NCBI GenBank assembly: GCA_951406725.2
Contig: OX597814.1
Coordinates: forward strand, 75,888,001 to 75,952,000
From: Octopus vulgaris
Lineage: Eukaryota
Length of the DNA stretch: 64,000 bases
Reading direction: 5' to 3'
Positions 23,782-35,640 of this stretch are shown here, piece by piece. Numbering within the stretch: the stretch's first letter is position 1; each line of letters begins with the position of its first letter. The position numbers and the translations under genes are program-made. The notes beneath the pieces were generated by a model, which made no database searches, was not told the DNA's origin, and saw only the letters and a list, made by a program, of their open reading frames with translations.

Positions 23782-25474
23782 AAGAGGAATATTCCAGGGA
23801 GACACGCTCTCTCCACTCCTTTTCTGCTTGGCACTGTCACCTCTATCTGATATGCTAAATAGAACTGGATGCGGATATAAATGTTACGGCAAAACGATCA
23901 GCCACCTTTTATATATGGATGACCTAAAACTATACGCTGCAAATGACAAACAGCTGGAAACACTATTAAAGACAGTTCATGGATTTACCAAAGAAATAGA
24001 TATGAAATTTGGATTAGAAAAATGCGCCAAAGTAACCATGAAAAGAGGAAAACTAGTTAAAAGTAACAACATCACACTAGATAAAACCAATGAAATAAAA
24101 GAATTAGACCAAAGCCAAACTTACAAATACTTAGGAATCCATGAACTAGATAAGACACAAGACACACAAATGAAAGAGAAAATAAAAAAAGAATATTATA
24201 GACGAGTTAGATCAATACTAAAAACAGAGCTCAATGCTAAAAACAAGATAATAGGTATCAACACTTTAGCTGTCCCAGTTATAAGTTACAGCTACAATAT
24301 CCTTAACTGGACACGAAATGAACTGTCCAAAATAGATAGGAAAACAAGAAAAATACTGACAGGATCTAGGATGCATCACCCAAAATCTGACATAGAAAGA
24401 CTATATATACAACGTATAGAAGGTGGTAGAGGCCTTATACAGCTGGAAAACTACTATAAAATAACCACCATAGGACTGCAAAAATACCTACTTCAGAAGG
24501 AAGGAAAACTGATCCAGATAGCAGCAAAACACGAGCAAAACAAAAAACTGTTCTCAGTATTTAAGGAAGCTGACAAATACAAACAAGAAATCATACCACC
24601 TAATAAACACGAAGAAGAAGAAGAAGATGATGAAGAAACAACAAAAGCTATAAAACAAATGAAATCCAAACTAAAAATAGAACAGCAACGAACCATGATA
24701 AAACGATGGCAAGAAAAGCCCCTTCATGGTAAATACTGCACTAAACTAAACGCAAAAGAAATAGACAAAGAAAGATCCCAGCAATGGTTGAGAAGCTCAG
24801 GACTCAAAGCAGAAACAGAGGGATTTTTAATTGCAGCACAAGACCAAAGCCTCCCCACCAGAAATTACCAAAAACATGTAATGAAAAGAAATATTACAAG
24901 TAACTGCAGAATATGTGGAGATGGACAAGAAACAATAAATCATATTATCTCTAGCTGCCCAGTCCTGGCTAAGAAGGAATATATTCACAGACATGACAGA
25001 GTTGGAACCTACATACACTGGAAGCTATGCCAACATTATGGAATAACAACAGAAAAAAGATGGTATAGGCACACACCAGAAAAGGTTACAGAAAACGAGA
25101 AAGCAACCATACTCTGGGATATGCCGATACACACAGATAGAGAAATTAAGGCCAACAGACCAGATATAGTTGTCAGAGATCATGAAGAAAAAAAATGCTT
25201 TCTAATTGATGTATCAATACCGGCAGATGACAACGTGTCTCTAAAAGAAATGGAGAAACTCTCAAAATACAAAGACCTGGAAATAGAGGTAACTAGAATG
25301 TGGAATCTGAAAACAGAAACAATTCCTATCATAGTAGGTGCATTAGGCATGATAAAAAAATATTCAGACAAATACATAACAAAAACACCAGGACTTACAA
25401 ACACATATATCATACAGAAAATTGCACTACTAGGCACTGCACACATCCTACGCAGAGCACTTTCCATACAATAA
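23780..25474 (+). CDS. Partial non-LTR retrotransposon ORF: RT C-terminal motifs, thumb, CCHC zinc knuckle, restriction-like endonuclease (uninterrupted)
   Basis: RRGIFQGDTLSPLLF, YMDD, KYLG, CRICGDGQETINHIISSC (CCHC), RHD, RPDIVV..LIDVS..KLSKY (PD-(D/E)xK-type RLE). No stops in ~564 codons. The N-terminal M/I/R runs of the 593-aa ORF come from the flanking microsatellite. Confidence 0.93.
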
Positions 25475-25568
25475 CCATCAGAGCATCACAACAAATCACA
25501 GCACATACCCAAGGCACACAGAGCTGCGCTCGGTAGTGAAGTGAAAGCACGCTATAAAAATAAAACTA

Positions 25569-25607
<39 letters not shown>
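23780..25607 (+). mobile_element. Young R4/Dong-like LINE copy B, 5'-truncated, inserted in (TAA)n
   Basis: Preceded by (TAA)14 and a (GAA)n run, followed by a (TAA)n tail; 3' UTR nearly identical to copy A. TAA-repeat targeting is established for Dong elements of the R4 clade. Confidence 0.95.
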
Positions 25608-25609
<2 letters not shown>

Positions 25610-25862
25610 CCTTATTCAGGGACCTTTTGAGTGGAATAGGCTACTGAACCTGAAGAAAATTCTTACTTGGCCCCACCTGCAAGGTCATGTGCTGTTTATG
25701 ATGATATGAGATCTCCATGCTGTGCACATATGGTTGTGATGCATGTGCCTGGTGTACCCTTATCAGACAGATAGTCCTGATGGTTATACTGGGATTTGTA
25801 TATTTTACCCCAGTGTCACTTTGATGGCATGCACTGCTCTCTCACTCAATAATAATAATGAT
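25608..25862 (+). mobile_element. Unclassified interspersed-repeat 3' fragment ending in (TAA)n
   Basis: Relatively GC-balanced ~250-bp block between two (TAA)n runs, ending CTCTCTCACTC(AAT)n; no coding motif seen. Confidence 0.4.
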
Positions 25863-26317
25863 AACAGTAAAGCTTTCTTTTATTGGCTACAAGGGTAGGC
25901 AATTCAAGGAAAACAACACGAACACAAAAAATGAGTTTTACAGCAAATAAAAAATAGTCAACAAAACAAAATAAAACTATTTACAATGCAGAATTTCAAT
26001 GAGAAAAGTTCCTCCAAAGTGAAAAAGACCATCTAGAGTGGTGTAGGGAAAATCCATCGCAAAAACCAGGATTTCTCTGCCACATCAAAATCTTCTTTCC
26101 TATCTTTTTCTTCTTGTTTATAAAAGCACACAGGGTAGGCCCATTCAGCCTTGCCAGTTTTTCCACTCTCACCCACTTTTTGTTGAATGCAATAGAAGGC
26201 AGTATCTCTCTTTCTCTTTTGTTTGACTACTAAACAGATGGCGCTGTACTTTGTAGCAATCCTGCTCTGAAGACAGGACAAAAATTGACTGTTCTTAGGA
26301 TTGCCACTAGGTGGTGA

Positions 26318-26689
26318 TCTTTTACTTGTTTCAGTCATTAGATTGCAGCAATGCAGGGGCACCGCCTTGAATTTTTAGTTGAACAAATCAACCCCAGGAC
26401 TTATTTTTAAGCCTGGTACTTATTCTATCAGTCTCTTTTGCCAAACTGTTAAGTTACAGGGATACAAACACACCAACACTGGTTATCAAGTAGTGGTGGT
26501 GGGGGGATAAACGCAGACATAAAGACACATACATACATACACAATAGGCTTCTTTCAGTTTCCATCTACCAAATCCACTCACATGGTCAACTGAGACTAT
26601 AGTAGAAGACACTTACCCAAGGTGCCATGCAGTGGGACTGAACCTGAAACCATGTGGCTGGGAAGTAAGCTTCTTACTACACAGCCACT
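26318..26689 (-). mobile_element. SINE family B
   Basis: Colinear with 7297-7704. Confidence 0.88.
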
Positions 26690-27552
26690 TTGTCAAGTCT
26701 GTTAAAAACTTCAGACTGATTCAAACTGATTGGTGTCCACTGAAGCTAGATCTTTTTCTAACCCAAGCCACACTGTACTGCATGTAGAGGAGGTTGTCAT
26801 GGATGGATCTGCCAGAGATGATATTGCTGATCAACAGCAAGTTTCAGCCACTTGGCAAGTATCTTTAACCCTGTGCTGAGCAGAGTTATGACCAAAATTT
26901 TTTAGTCACTTCTTTGTTCATGTTCTTTTTCAGCAGCCTCACCACTCGCCAGCTAACTCAACTGAGAGTGCTTCCAGTTTATCACTCGCTGTAACAGACA
27001 TCTGCTAAGACAGAAGTGAACAAGTCTAGCATGTAGAAACAGAATTTACAGGGCAGACCATCCAAACAAAGCAATCTGCACCTTGCACAGCAGCTCAACA
27101 TATCTACCATTTTGTCTGCTGACATTGACTGTTTGCAACATTCTACATCCCTGCTTGAGAATTGTGGTAAACCATCAAGGTTGGAAGTCTGTCTCCAATC
27201 TGCCACTGATTGAGAACAATTTGGCAAAATATAACTGGAAAACTGCACTAAACTATTTGATAACACACCTGCACAATCGAACATAGATTGAATTCTGGCT
27301 TTGTTGCAACATCACACCTTCACCACATTGCACCTTAACAAATACAATGCTTCTTTGAAATGATTTACTAATTTTCTCTCTACCCTGTTATTCTCTTTAG
27401 CTATTGCCTTATTAAATATAACTGATGCTGTTCTATTTCCTCTGCTTATCATGAACTACCATCTGTTGTTGATCAATTAGTTAAGTAAGAATTGATGATG
27501 ATGATGGTGGTGGTGGTGGTGGTGGTGATGCTGATTCTGTTGTTACTGTTTA

Positions 27553-28615
27553 CACTGATAGAAAAGGTATGCTTGCTCTTGGCTCTGTGAAATTCCCATC
27601 ATTTCTTATTTAACTATTTCACTAATTTGGTCAGTGAAATGTTTCCATGCCTGAAAGAATGTTTTCGGGTTTCAGTAGCCAGACTCATTTCTATTAGTTT
27701 GTTCTTGTTTGACTGTTCTGTAACAAGTCTGTGATCCATTGTAGCCATCTGAAACTGTGGGCAAATTATGTTAATCCTTTCTGCAAGTATTTCTTAGTAC
27801 AAATCTTTCTAAATATGATTTGAATTAAGAAATCAAGGCAAAACCTTTCAAACAAATAAAAATATCTGGAAAGGTTTGTGAACTATTTTGTAGAACTGTG
27901 TAGTTGAGGGATTCATTGATGAATTGTTGTTATTGCTGTGTTTGTTGATTATTCAGCTCTTGTTTTAGGTGCTGTTACTGTTTCTTCTCTTGTTGCTGTT
28001 GTTCTTGCTGTATGTGTATCAGTCACTGTTGCTGTGATCGTTGTTGATGTTTCTGTTGTTAGTATGCCTTCAGTTGTTGTTGTGCTTGTTACAGTTTTTA
28101 CTGATGCAGTTGCTGTCCTTGTTTTAGTTGTTGTCAATAATATTTTTCTTTAGTACAAAAAGTTATTCCTAAGAAAAATAATATCAAATTCTTCTCTGTG
28201 ATGTTTGTTGTTGCTATGCTACAAAAATATTGTTACTAAAGCAGGCATTAGACAACTTCATCTTTCTGCATCTCTCACTATTTATTTTAATTAAACTCTT
28301 TTTCACTCCCTATGTGTTATATTCATCTCAGGTGAACATTATTATTTCCTCATAAGGATCCATCACTTTTTCTCAAGAAAACTGATAGCTTTTTCATAAA
28401 TACAAACACTAAGTTTGCAAATACAAAGTTTAAAATTGAATGATTCCTCCAAATGTTGGAATTGTGCAAAAGGTGTAAAAATCACACCAAAAAAGAAGTT
28501 GGTTTGTTCTGTAAAAATGACAAAATTTTAATAAAACCACATCTCAATTTGAATGAAAATTGAAAAATGAGGAAATTTCACAGAGCCAAGAGCAAGCATG
28601 TCTTTTCTGTCAGTG
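27553..28615. mobile_element. Non-autonomous TIR DNA transposon with CACTG...CAGTG ends (CMC/EnSpm-like)
   Basis: 44-bp inverted repeats 27553-27596 and 28572-28615 (40/44 match: CACTGATAGAAAAGGTATGCTTGCTCTTGGCTCTGTGAAATTCC). Flanks are TTA / TGA, so the TSD is imperfect. Confidence 0.72.
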
Positions 28616-30795
28616 TGAACAACTGCATCAATAACAATAGCAACAACAACAGCAATAACAATGAAATGCATCATCATCATCATCACCAATGTGTGGGGTG
28701 CTTTGGGTGAGGAGCATCAGTACTGGTGGAGTGGCAAGGATCACCTTTTAACTCACATGAAAGAAATTTATTGTTATGAGAGAATGGTAGAGGAGAGAAT
28801 AACACTGGGAACAAAGTTGTGATGCAAGTAATGGAAGAGACAGGGTAGAAGGGAAAAAGAAGGGAAGGAGGGAGAGGAAGAGTAATGCCAGGGATTAATG
28901 TGAAGGAGATGGGGGGAAACAAAGTGTAATGGTGATGAACTGGATTGATTAGGTAGACCTAGTGCCCGGATGTTTCAGTCTGTTTGTTATGCCTATATGG
29001 GTTAAACAGTCTGTTAGAAGCCAAGAAAGTTACATAAGTTTGTAGCATGTGAGGAAGGCTTGTTTTTATGGTTTATTGCTACATTAATATAGAAAGTGTC
29101 TGTGCAATACAAGAAAAAGAATATTCAGATAAAACAAATATGACAAGTACAGAATGTCTTCATCAGAAATTCAACATTCAGGCTAACTTTTATATATCAG
29201 TATATATTCTTGTTGTTGTGGTGTGTCTTCTTCAATCATAGCAGGTTGAATATGTAGATGTGAAAACAACATGTGGACAGTGAAAGCCATCAGGAACTGA
29301 ATCATTCTGGAGTTTTGGTGTTCAATTGAGCTGTTTTTACAGGCTGTGTTCACAGAGGGTTCTAGTCTTGCCACCAGATAATCATGTGAATAACAGCCAG
29401 TGTTTGGATAACAATTGGGTTTGCACACATGATCAAATTGTATGTGGCAAAATGTGGGATCGAATCCAGTTGTTACAGGTTTATTGTTGAGAGAGGGTGG
29501 TGGAAGAGATACTAACAGACATAATGTTAAAGAAATGGGTAATAGGAAGTAAAAAGAAAGAGGTATCAGGGGTTAGTGAGAGAGAGTTTAAGGGACAAAT
29601 AAAGATATAGGGGATTTAGAGAGTATTAAGAATGAGGTAGCTTAGCAAATACCACATTTAAAAATCCTAAATCAACCCAATCAAGGAAACCTCGGATAAA
29701 ACGTAATCCAACCATGATCTGCACACCTTGCTTTTAGATAATGTATCTCAGTCTATCCACACCTCACCTACTAAAAACATATATAAAGATCTAAATATCT
29801 GTTCTTCCATTTCATAAGATAGTTTGAAGAGAATTTAACAACTATTTCTAGCAAACTAAGTAATGAAGTAAAGAAATGAGTTCATTTGCCTAATTTCTTA
29901 ACTTTTTTTCTCTCTAAATAACAATTGTGCAGTCACGATGCAGTTGTTGATAAACATAGATCTGGCAGCAGTAGTGTATTCTATAACTGTTGCTGAATTA
30001 CAATACTACAGTATTATTATTTATAAATTATAGTGCACAAATATGTTGTTAAAGCCATTTGTTTGTTACAAACAAAGGATAAAATACCACTTATACACCA
30101 GGCTCCCTTCAAAAATTGCTATTAACAACAATGGTTGTACATTTTCCTTTGCATATTTTGCTGATGACATAGTACTTAAAATTCATACTTGCTTGCCAGA
30201 AAAATGCATGTTCACAAGTCCACTTCCCCATAGCAAATGAGATTCTATATGTAGTCACTTGATATACCAAAAACAATGGCCAAATCACACTCTATTATCT
30301 TTAAAAATAAAGGACATGTCTGAAAAAGGCTAGAACAGTGATGGTGGAATGTCTTTGATCATAGGCATTCCCAATCAAAACTAACCAACAACAAAAGCAA
30401 CAACAACAACATGCAAATAGATTTACTTCAACATATGTGATATTGTGACAAAATGATTCAAGTCATATGAGAACTCACTGGTGACATTTGTAACATTATT
30501 CTGGAGGCTGTTCTGTTAGTAATGCAATCCAATAGTAGAATCATAATATTGTATTATTTTAGTGAATGAGAATCATTAAATTGATCTAATGCCAGTTTTT
30601 CAATATTATCATTAATTTATTATGTATCAAAAACATCTCCAACAAAAGTGCTTGCAACTGTTCAAGTGGAATGTTAACATTATTGATGTCACCAGGCTTA
30701 GGGAACCTGTGAAACCATGGGCTCTGCCCTTTACTCCACACCAAATCCAATAGTTAAAAAAAAATTGCAGTTGCAAAGGTTTCAGGTTTCATCAC

Positions 30796-30796
<1 letters not shown>

Positions 30797-30859
<63 letters not shown>

Positions 30860-30890
30860 GTTGTTGTTGTTGTTATTTATTTATTTATTC
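30797..30890. repeat. (ATT)n/(GTT)n/(ATTT)n microsatellite
   Basis: Directly visible. Confidence 0.97.
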
Positions 30891-32363
30891 TACTTTGGTA
30901 GGAGTCATTTCTGGTTACATAGTTCTATTGCTTTGATGTCTCTCAGCCTTGACTAATGGCTACTTATGAATTCTGTTAACTGTCATATACATAGAAATCA
31001 GGTACCTATAACACTTACAACCTTATCAAAATTCAGCTTATATTTGTTATAATATGATAGATCATTGTTTCAGTCTCAATCTTGGTTAGAGTGATTTGGT
31101 TAGGTCTTTCACATCACAGTGGAAATATCTTTTTTTCTTTTTTTGGTGATTTATAAGCCAATCTGATTTATTTGTGTTCAAGTTTCACTGGTTGCTATCA
31201 ACTCAGGTCACTACAACAATATTATTGGGAGCTGATTTGCAACACAGTGCATGGCTAGATTTAAAATATATGCCACTAAATTGCTTGTCAGCAGCAGAAA
31301 TAACCTCATTTTGTATAATTGCAACATATCTGAGTATGGAATGCTGCTCCAGACGACATATTAATTCACAATCCATGGCTGAAAAAGCAAACATGTTTTT
31401 ATTACAATTCTCCATTATATTACTAATTAGTATTGACTTCTTAAATTTACATGAAGATTTAGAGTTATAAGACGAGGTTGAGGAGAATAAAAATTATACT
31501 TAATCAGACCTTCCTGCAAGTCATTTGTGTCTTAAATGAAGTTCTTCCAAAAATAAATTGAGACCAGATTTATTTCAGTCACCTTGAATATGGCTCTAAT
31601 CAACAAATTTGTAATCCCTGTAAGGAATCAGACAGTATGTCTCACTGATAATGAAGCTGACCATAGATCTTTTTGATCAATATTCTTTGATACTTGATTG
31701 TGCTACTAAACTTTTTTGACTGAAATAAAGCCATTACAAGGAAATTATATGAATAGAAAGTTATAATTTCTTTTATATCTATTTATCAAAATTTAATTGG
31801 ATTTTCAGAAATGTAAAAAAAAACAACAAAAAACATATAAAACATAGAAAAACAAACAACAACACTAAAATATATAAATAAATATAAGCAAACGTAAAAG
31901 ACAGGGTAACTAAACAAGCACTTGATTGATTTTGAAAACAATTAGACAAAGGAAAAATAGTAATAAGTTAATAGTTTACATAATCTAGCACAGTCATTAA
32001 TGACTAAAAAATGAAAAAGGATATTCTCAGAGAAATATAATACCTTATATATAAAAAAAAAAAACCAACCTATTGGAATTTTCCAGCATTATTTCAAGTG
32101 GACAAAACCATTATGTTTTTTTTCTTTCTTATTTATTATTATAATTTTATACTGGAAAGCTTATTGTGAAGGCGGGGTAAATCAGTGAAGCAAAGAAGAA
32201 ACTCACTTCAAAAGGATATTTGTTTAAACAACAAATAATTATTTGCTAGGTTTTTTTTCCCTTGTTTCCACATCATATCAGTTAGATTAGAAATGATTAT
32301 CAGACAGAATCAAATTATCTATTTTGGATTTTCATTTTCTTTCAACTTTCATTAAATATTATT

Positions 32364-32589
32364 GTATGTATGTAAGTATGTATGTAAGTATGTATGTATG
32401 TATGTATGTATGTATGTATGTATGTATGTATGTTTGTATGCATGTATGTATGTACAAGATGTATGTATGGTAATTGTGTATATTAGACATAAACACACAC
32501 ACACACATATTTACTAAGTATGTATTTATATAATGTGAATGTATATGTATGTATATATATATATACTTATACACACATATACATACATA

Positions 32590-32671
<82 letters not shown>

Positions 32672-32745
32672 CATACATACATACATATTATTACATATGT
32701 ATATGTGTGTGTGTGCTTGTGGGCATTTGTGTGTATGTGCATATG
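32364..32745. repeat. Compound (TATG)n/(CA)n/(TA)n microsatellite block
   Basis: Directly visible; explains ORFs 32359-32798. Confidence 0.95.
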
Positions 32746-32774
32746 AGGATATATTAAATATGTATAGGACAACG

Positions 32775-32975
32775 GATGGTGGAATTGTTAGAGCATAGAG
32801 ATAAAATACCTTGTGGTATTTGGTTGTGTCTGTTTACATTCTGAGTTCAAATCAAGCACATGTTGACTTTGTCTTTCATCCTTCTATAATAAGATAAGTA
32901 ACGGTCAAGTAGTGGAGTTCATATAATTAACTATACTCTTGAACATTATTGCCACAGTCTAATGATTCAAACTAA
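32775..32975 (+). mobile_element. Decayed SINE family A
   Basis: TTACATTCTGAGTTCAAAT..GACTTTGTCTTTCATCCTT. Confidence 0.6.
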
Positions 32976-33063
32976 TAAAAGAATATATACATACATACAC
33001 GCACGCATGCACACACACATATCTGTATATGTGTGTGTGTGTGTGCATACATACATACATACA

Positions 33064-33116
<53 letters not shown>

Positions 33117-33227
33117 TGGCCTGCTCGCTTAGCCAGTGGGGTGGCGTCGTTCGAAGGCTAAAACAATGCAAACGCATTGTGACCAGCGATGTGTAGTAAC
33201 ATCTGATGGTCTGGTCGGTCATGTGAT

Positions 33228-33234
<7 letters not shown>
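33117..33234 (+). mobile_element. Short GC-rich insert embedded in (TA)n, probably a retroelement 3' end
   Basis: 118-bp CpG-retaining block with pure (TA)n on both sides, ending TCATGTGATCACGTGA. Confidence 0.55.
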
Positions 33235-33281
<47 letters not shown>

Positions 33282-33737
33282 ATGTATGTATATATATAGA
33301 CACACACACACACACACAAGCAAGCACAAAAAACTAGTGATGTGAGTAAAAAAGTGATTGATAGTGTGCACAAGATCACAGCTTCTGGATATGTGTATTA
33401 TTTATTCTCTCAGTATGACTGTTTGAGAATGAGGATCTTGGAAACAATATTTCATAACCCTCAGTGGTATGTTAGTTACAGGGTATCAAATTTCCCAGTA
33501 TCAAATTTAGCTTAAGAATATAGAATTGACCTATCTTTCAGTATTCAAGTGTAATTAACAATAGAAGTTTTTGTCTTTTATTTTTTTATTTAGATTTTTA
33601 AATAAATCTCTGAGTGCTTTGCATCTGAGTTTGTAAGGATTATATATAATATGCATAAAGATATTTTTGAAAGTTGTTATGAATGATTGTGCATTGACAG
33701 GCAATATTATTTCAGCAGTAAGAATTTAGAGGGTATA

Positions 33738-34604
33738 TATGGTGGTATCAAAAAGTTCCCAGACTAGTTATGTTCAATAAGAAAATAACTTATTTACATA
33801 AATTTTAACATAATTTCCTTTGAAATAGTCATCTTGCACTGCAATACACTGATTCCACCATTTCTGCCATTTTTGGAATCTGACCTGGACCTTCACTCTA
33901 GATCTCAACAACTCTGTTAAAATGGTGACCTTTGACCATTTTCATCTTGGGGAAGCCCAATGAGATTCGGCAGGTACTAAATCTAGCAAATAGGGTGGGT
34001 GCGGAAGTGATACTGTATTGTCTTTGGTGCGAAATTCATGCGTGAGGAGAGCTCAACAACAGGGTGCATTGTCATCATGAAGAATCCAATCCTTCATGCT
34101 CCACAGACCCAGTTACTTTCGTTGAATGTCCTCCCTCAAATGCTTCAAGACATCGTTGATTGTCCTCCTACGATCCTCATGCACAAGCTCAGGAATTTTT
34201 TCCACATTTCCAGGGGTGAGGCTTATGGTAGGTCTTTCAGGTCACTTATTATTTTCCAGGGATACTCTTCTGCTTTTGAAGCACCTGTGCTGCTTGAAAC
34301 ACTGTATATGACCCATTGTCACATCACCATAAGCTTGCCAAAGCATGCTCAATGTCTGTAGCTGACTTTCTAAGTTTAACACAAAATTTCACATTGGCTC
34401 TTTGTTCCTGTCTATGACAAAAATCACAGACTACAGCATACATGTGATCACAAAAACATAAATTTCACAACTTGTGAAGTAAACACAGTGATGTCACTCA
34501 GCAAACTGTCTCACCAAGGTCTCTGCTAACTCTCACTATGCAAGCAACTGTGTGCTGCCATCTGTTGGTGCACTATAGAACTAGTCTTTTGATACAAGCT
34601 TGTA
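33738..34604 (-). mobile_element. Mariner element, internally deleted relic
   Basis: Minus strand EQRANVKFCVKLRKSAT..AYGD..FKSRRVSLE, WILHDDNAP..LPHPPYLLDLVPA, FQKWQKWWNQCIAVQDDYF; decayed TIRs containing GTATCAAAA..GACTAG at both ends. Confidence 0.85.
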
Positions 34605-34617
34605 TATTAATAATACT

Positions 34618-34820
34618 GGCTTCAAATTTTGGTTGCAATTTCAGGGGAGGGAGTAAATCAATCACATCGACCCCAGTACTCAACTGGTACTTATTTTATC
34701 AACACCCAAATGGATGAAATACAAAGTTGATCTCTGCAGAATTTGAACTCTGAATATAAAGATAGAGGAAATGCTGCTAAGTGTTTTGCCCAGCATGCTA
34801 ACAATTCTGCCAGCTCACCA
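34618..34820 (-). mobile_element. SINE family A
   Basis: Reverse complement of family A (..AATTTGAACTC..TTCTGCCAGCTCACC). Confidence 0.82.
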
Positions 34821-35031
34821 TATTAAGACTATATATTAATAATATTACATTTACAAAATATATTAAGCTAGTTGGTTGTTATTTTATACCAGAAATATGC
34901 TCTAAGTTTTGTCAGTATTCAACATTTTGCTTGAAGAATTTTTTTCCTGTTTCAATGTAAATTTTATTTGAATGAAAATTTATTTCCAGTTATATTTGTG
35001 ACTAATGCTCACATTATACAGACACACACAG

Positions 35032-35077
<46 letters not shown>

Positions 35078-35127
35078 TTGTGTGTGTGCATGCGTGTGTG
35101 AGTATAAATGTGCATGTGTGTATATAA

Positions 35128-35181
<54 letters not shown>

Positions 35182-35194
35182 ATTTTGTATTGCA

Positions 35195-35640
35195 AGATAG
35201 TGTGTGAAAGAGAATCATGATGTCATAGGAGAGAAATGTGTCTAGATGGATGATAGCTCACTTGCATTCAATGATGCTGCAAAGAGAAAGACTCAGAGAC
35301 ACCACTATGAAAGGTTGCTAAATGTAGAGAATGAATGGGAGAAAGAGAGTCAGCCAAATGTCGACCCAACAGAGGGACCAGCTATTCAAATTGAGAGTAC
35401 CCTGGTAGATAAATCAGTTAAGGGTATGAAGACAGGGAAAGCTCTCAGTCCATCAGGAGTCACTGCAGAGATGCCTAAAACATCTGGTGGTGTAGGCTAA
35501 ATTTTAGTTTCCTGTATAGTCAACTAAGTGATACATGAAGGAGTCATAAACAATGACTGGTGTAGCAGCATCATAGTCGACTGCTACAAAGGTAAAGGTG
35601 ATGCACTAGATAGGAACAATTACAGAGGTCTCAAATTGTT
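35195..35640 (+). mobile_element. RTE LINE internal fragment (linker and start of RT)
   Basis: DVIGEKCV..HYERLLNVENEWE..MKTGKA..CYKGKGDALDRNNYRGLKL. Confidence 0.85.

Noticed and set aside
28690-29560. Penelope-like relic with a hairpin GACTGTTT..AAACAGAC before GAAAC on the minus strand
   Set aside because: The hammerhead core has at least 3 mismatches, there is no convincing stem I, and protein motifs were not recoverable.
30240-30410. Old SINE-like remnants ending in (CAA)n (also ~46560-46620 and ~54285-54330)
   Set aside because: Only a short 3' motif is shared; boundaries and class cannot be supported.
31019-31719. Candidate minus-strand host exons (acceptor-like CTTTATTTCAG at ~31720, donor-like GTAAGT at ~31018; similar signals near 46715, 47672 and 55486)
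   Set aside because: No sustained ORF or recognisable protein motif, and such signals arise by chance in AT-rich DNA; RNA-seq is needed.
32359-32798. ORFs rich in CV/HT/YI/LS/RE dipeptides here and at 2.4-3.2, 6.5-7.4, 35, 42-43.6 and 46-47 kb
   Set aside because: They are translations of dinucleotide and tetranucleotide microsatellites.
9955-35640. Possible 25.7-kb inversion: the minus-strand RTE starts at NYRGIKL (9955) and a plus-strand RTE fragment ends at NYRGLKL (35640)
   Set aside because: The overlapping ~21 nt differ at 3 positions, the 35 kb fragment looks more decayed, and the reciprocal junction (RTE 3' UTR versus mariner relic) does not rejoin. Coincidence is more likely; synteny with a related genome would settle it.
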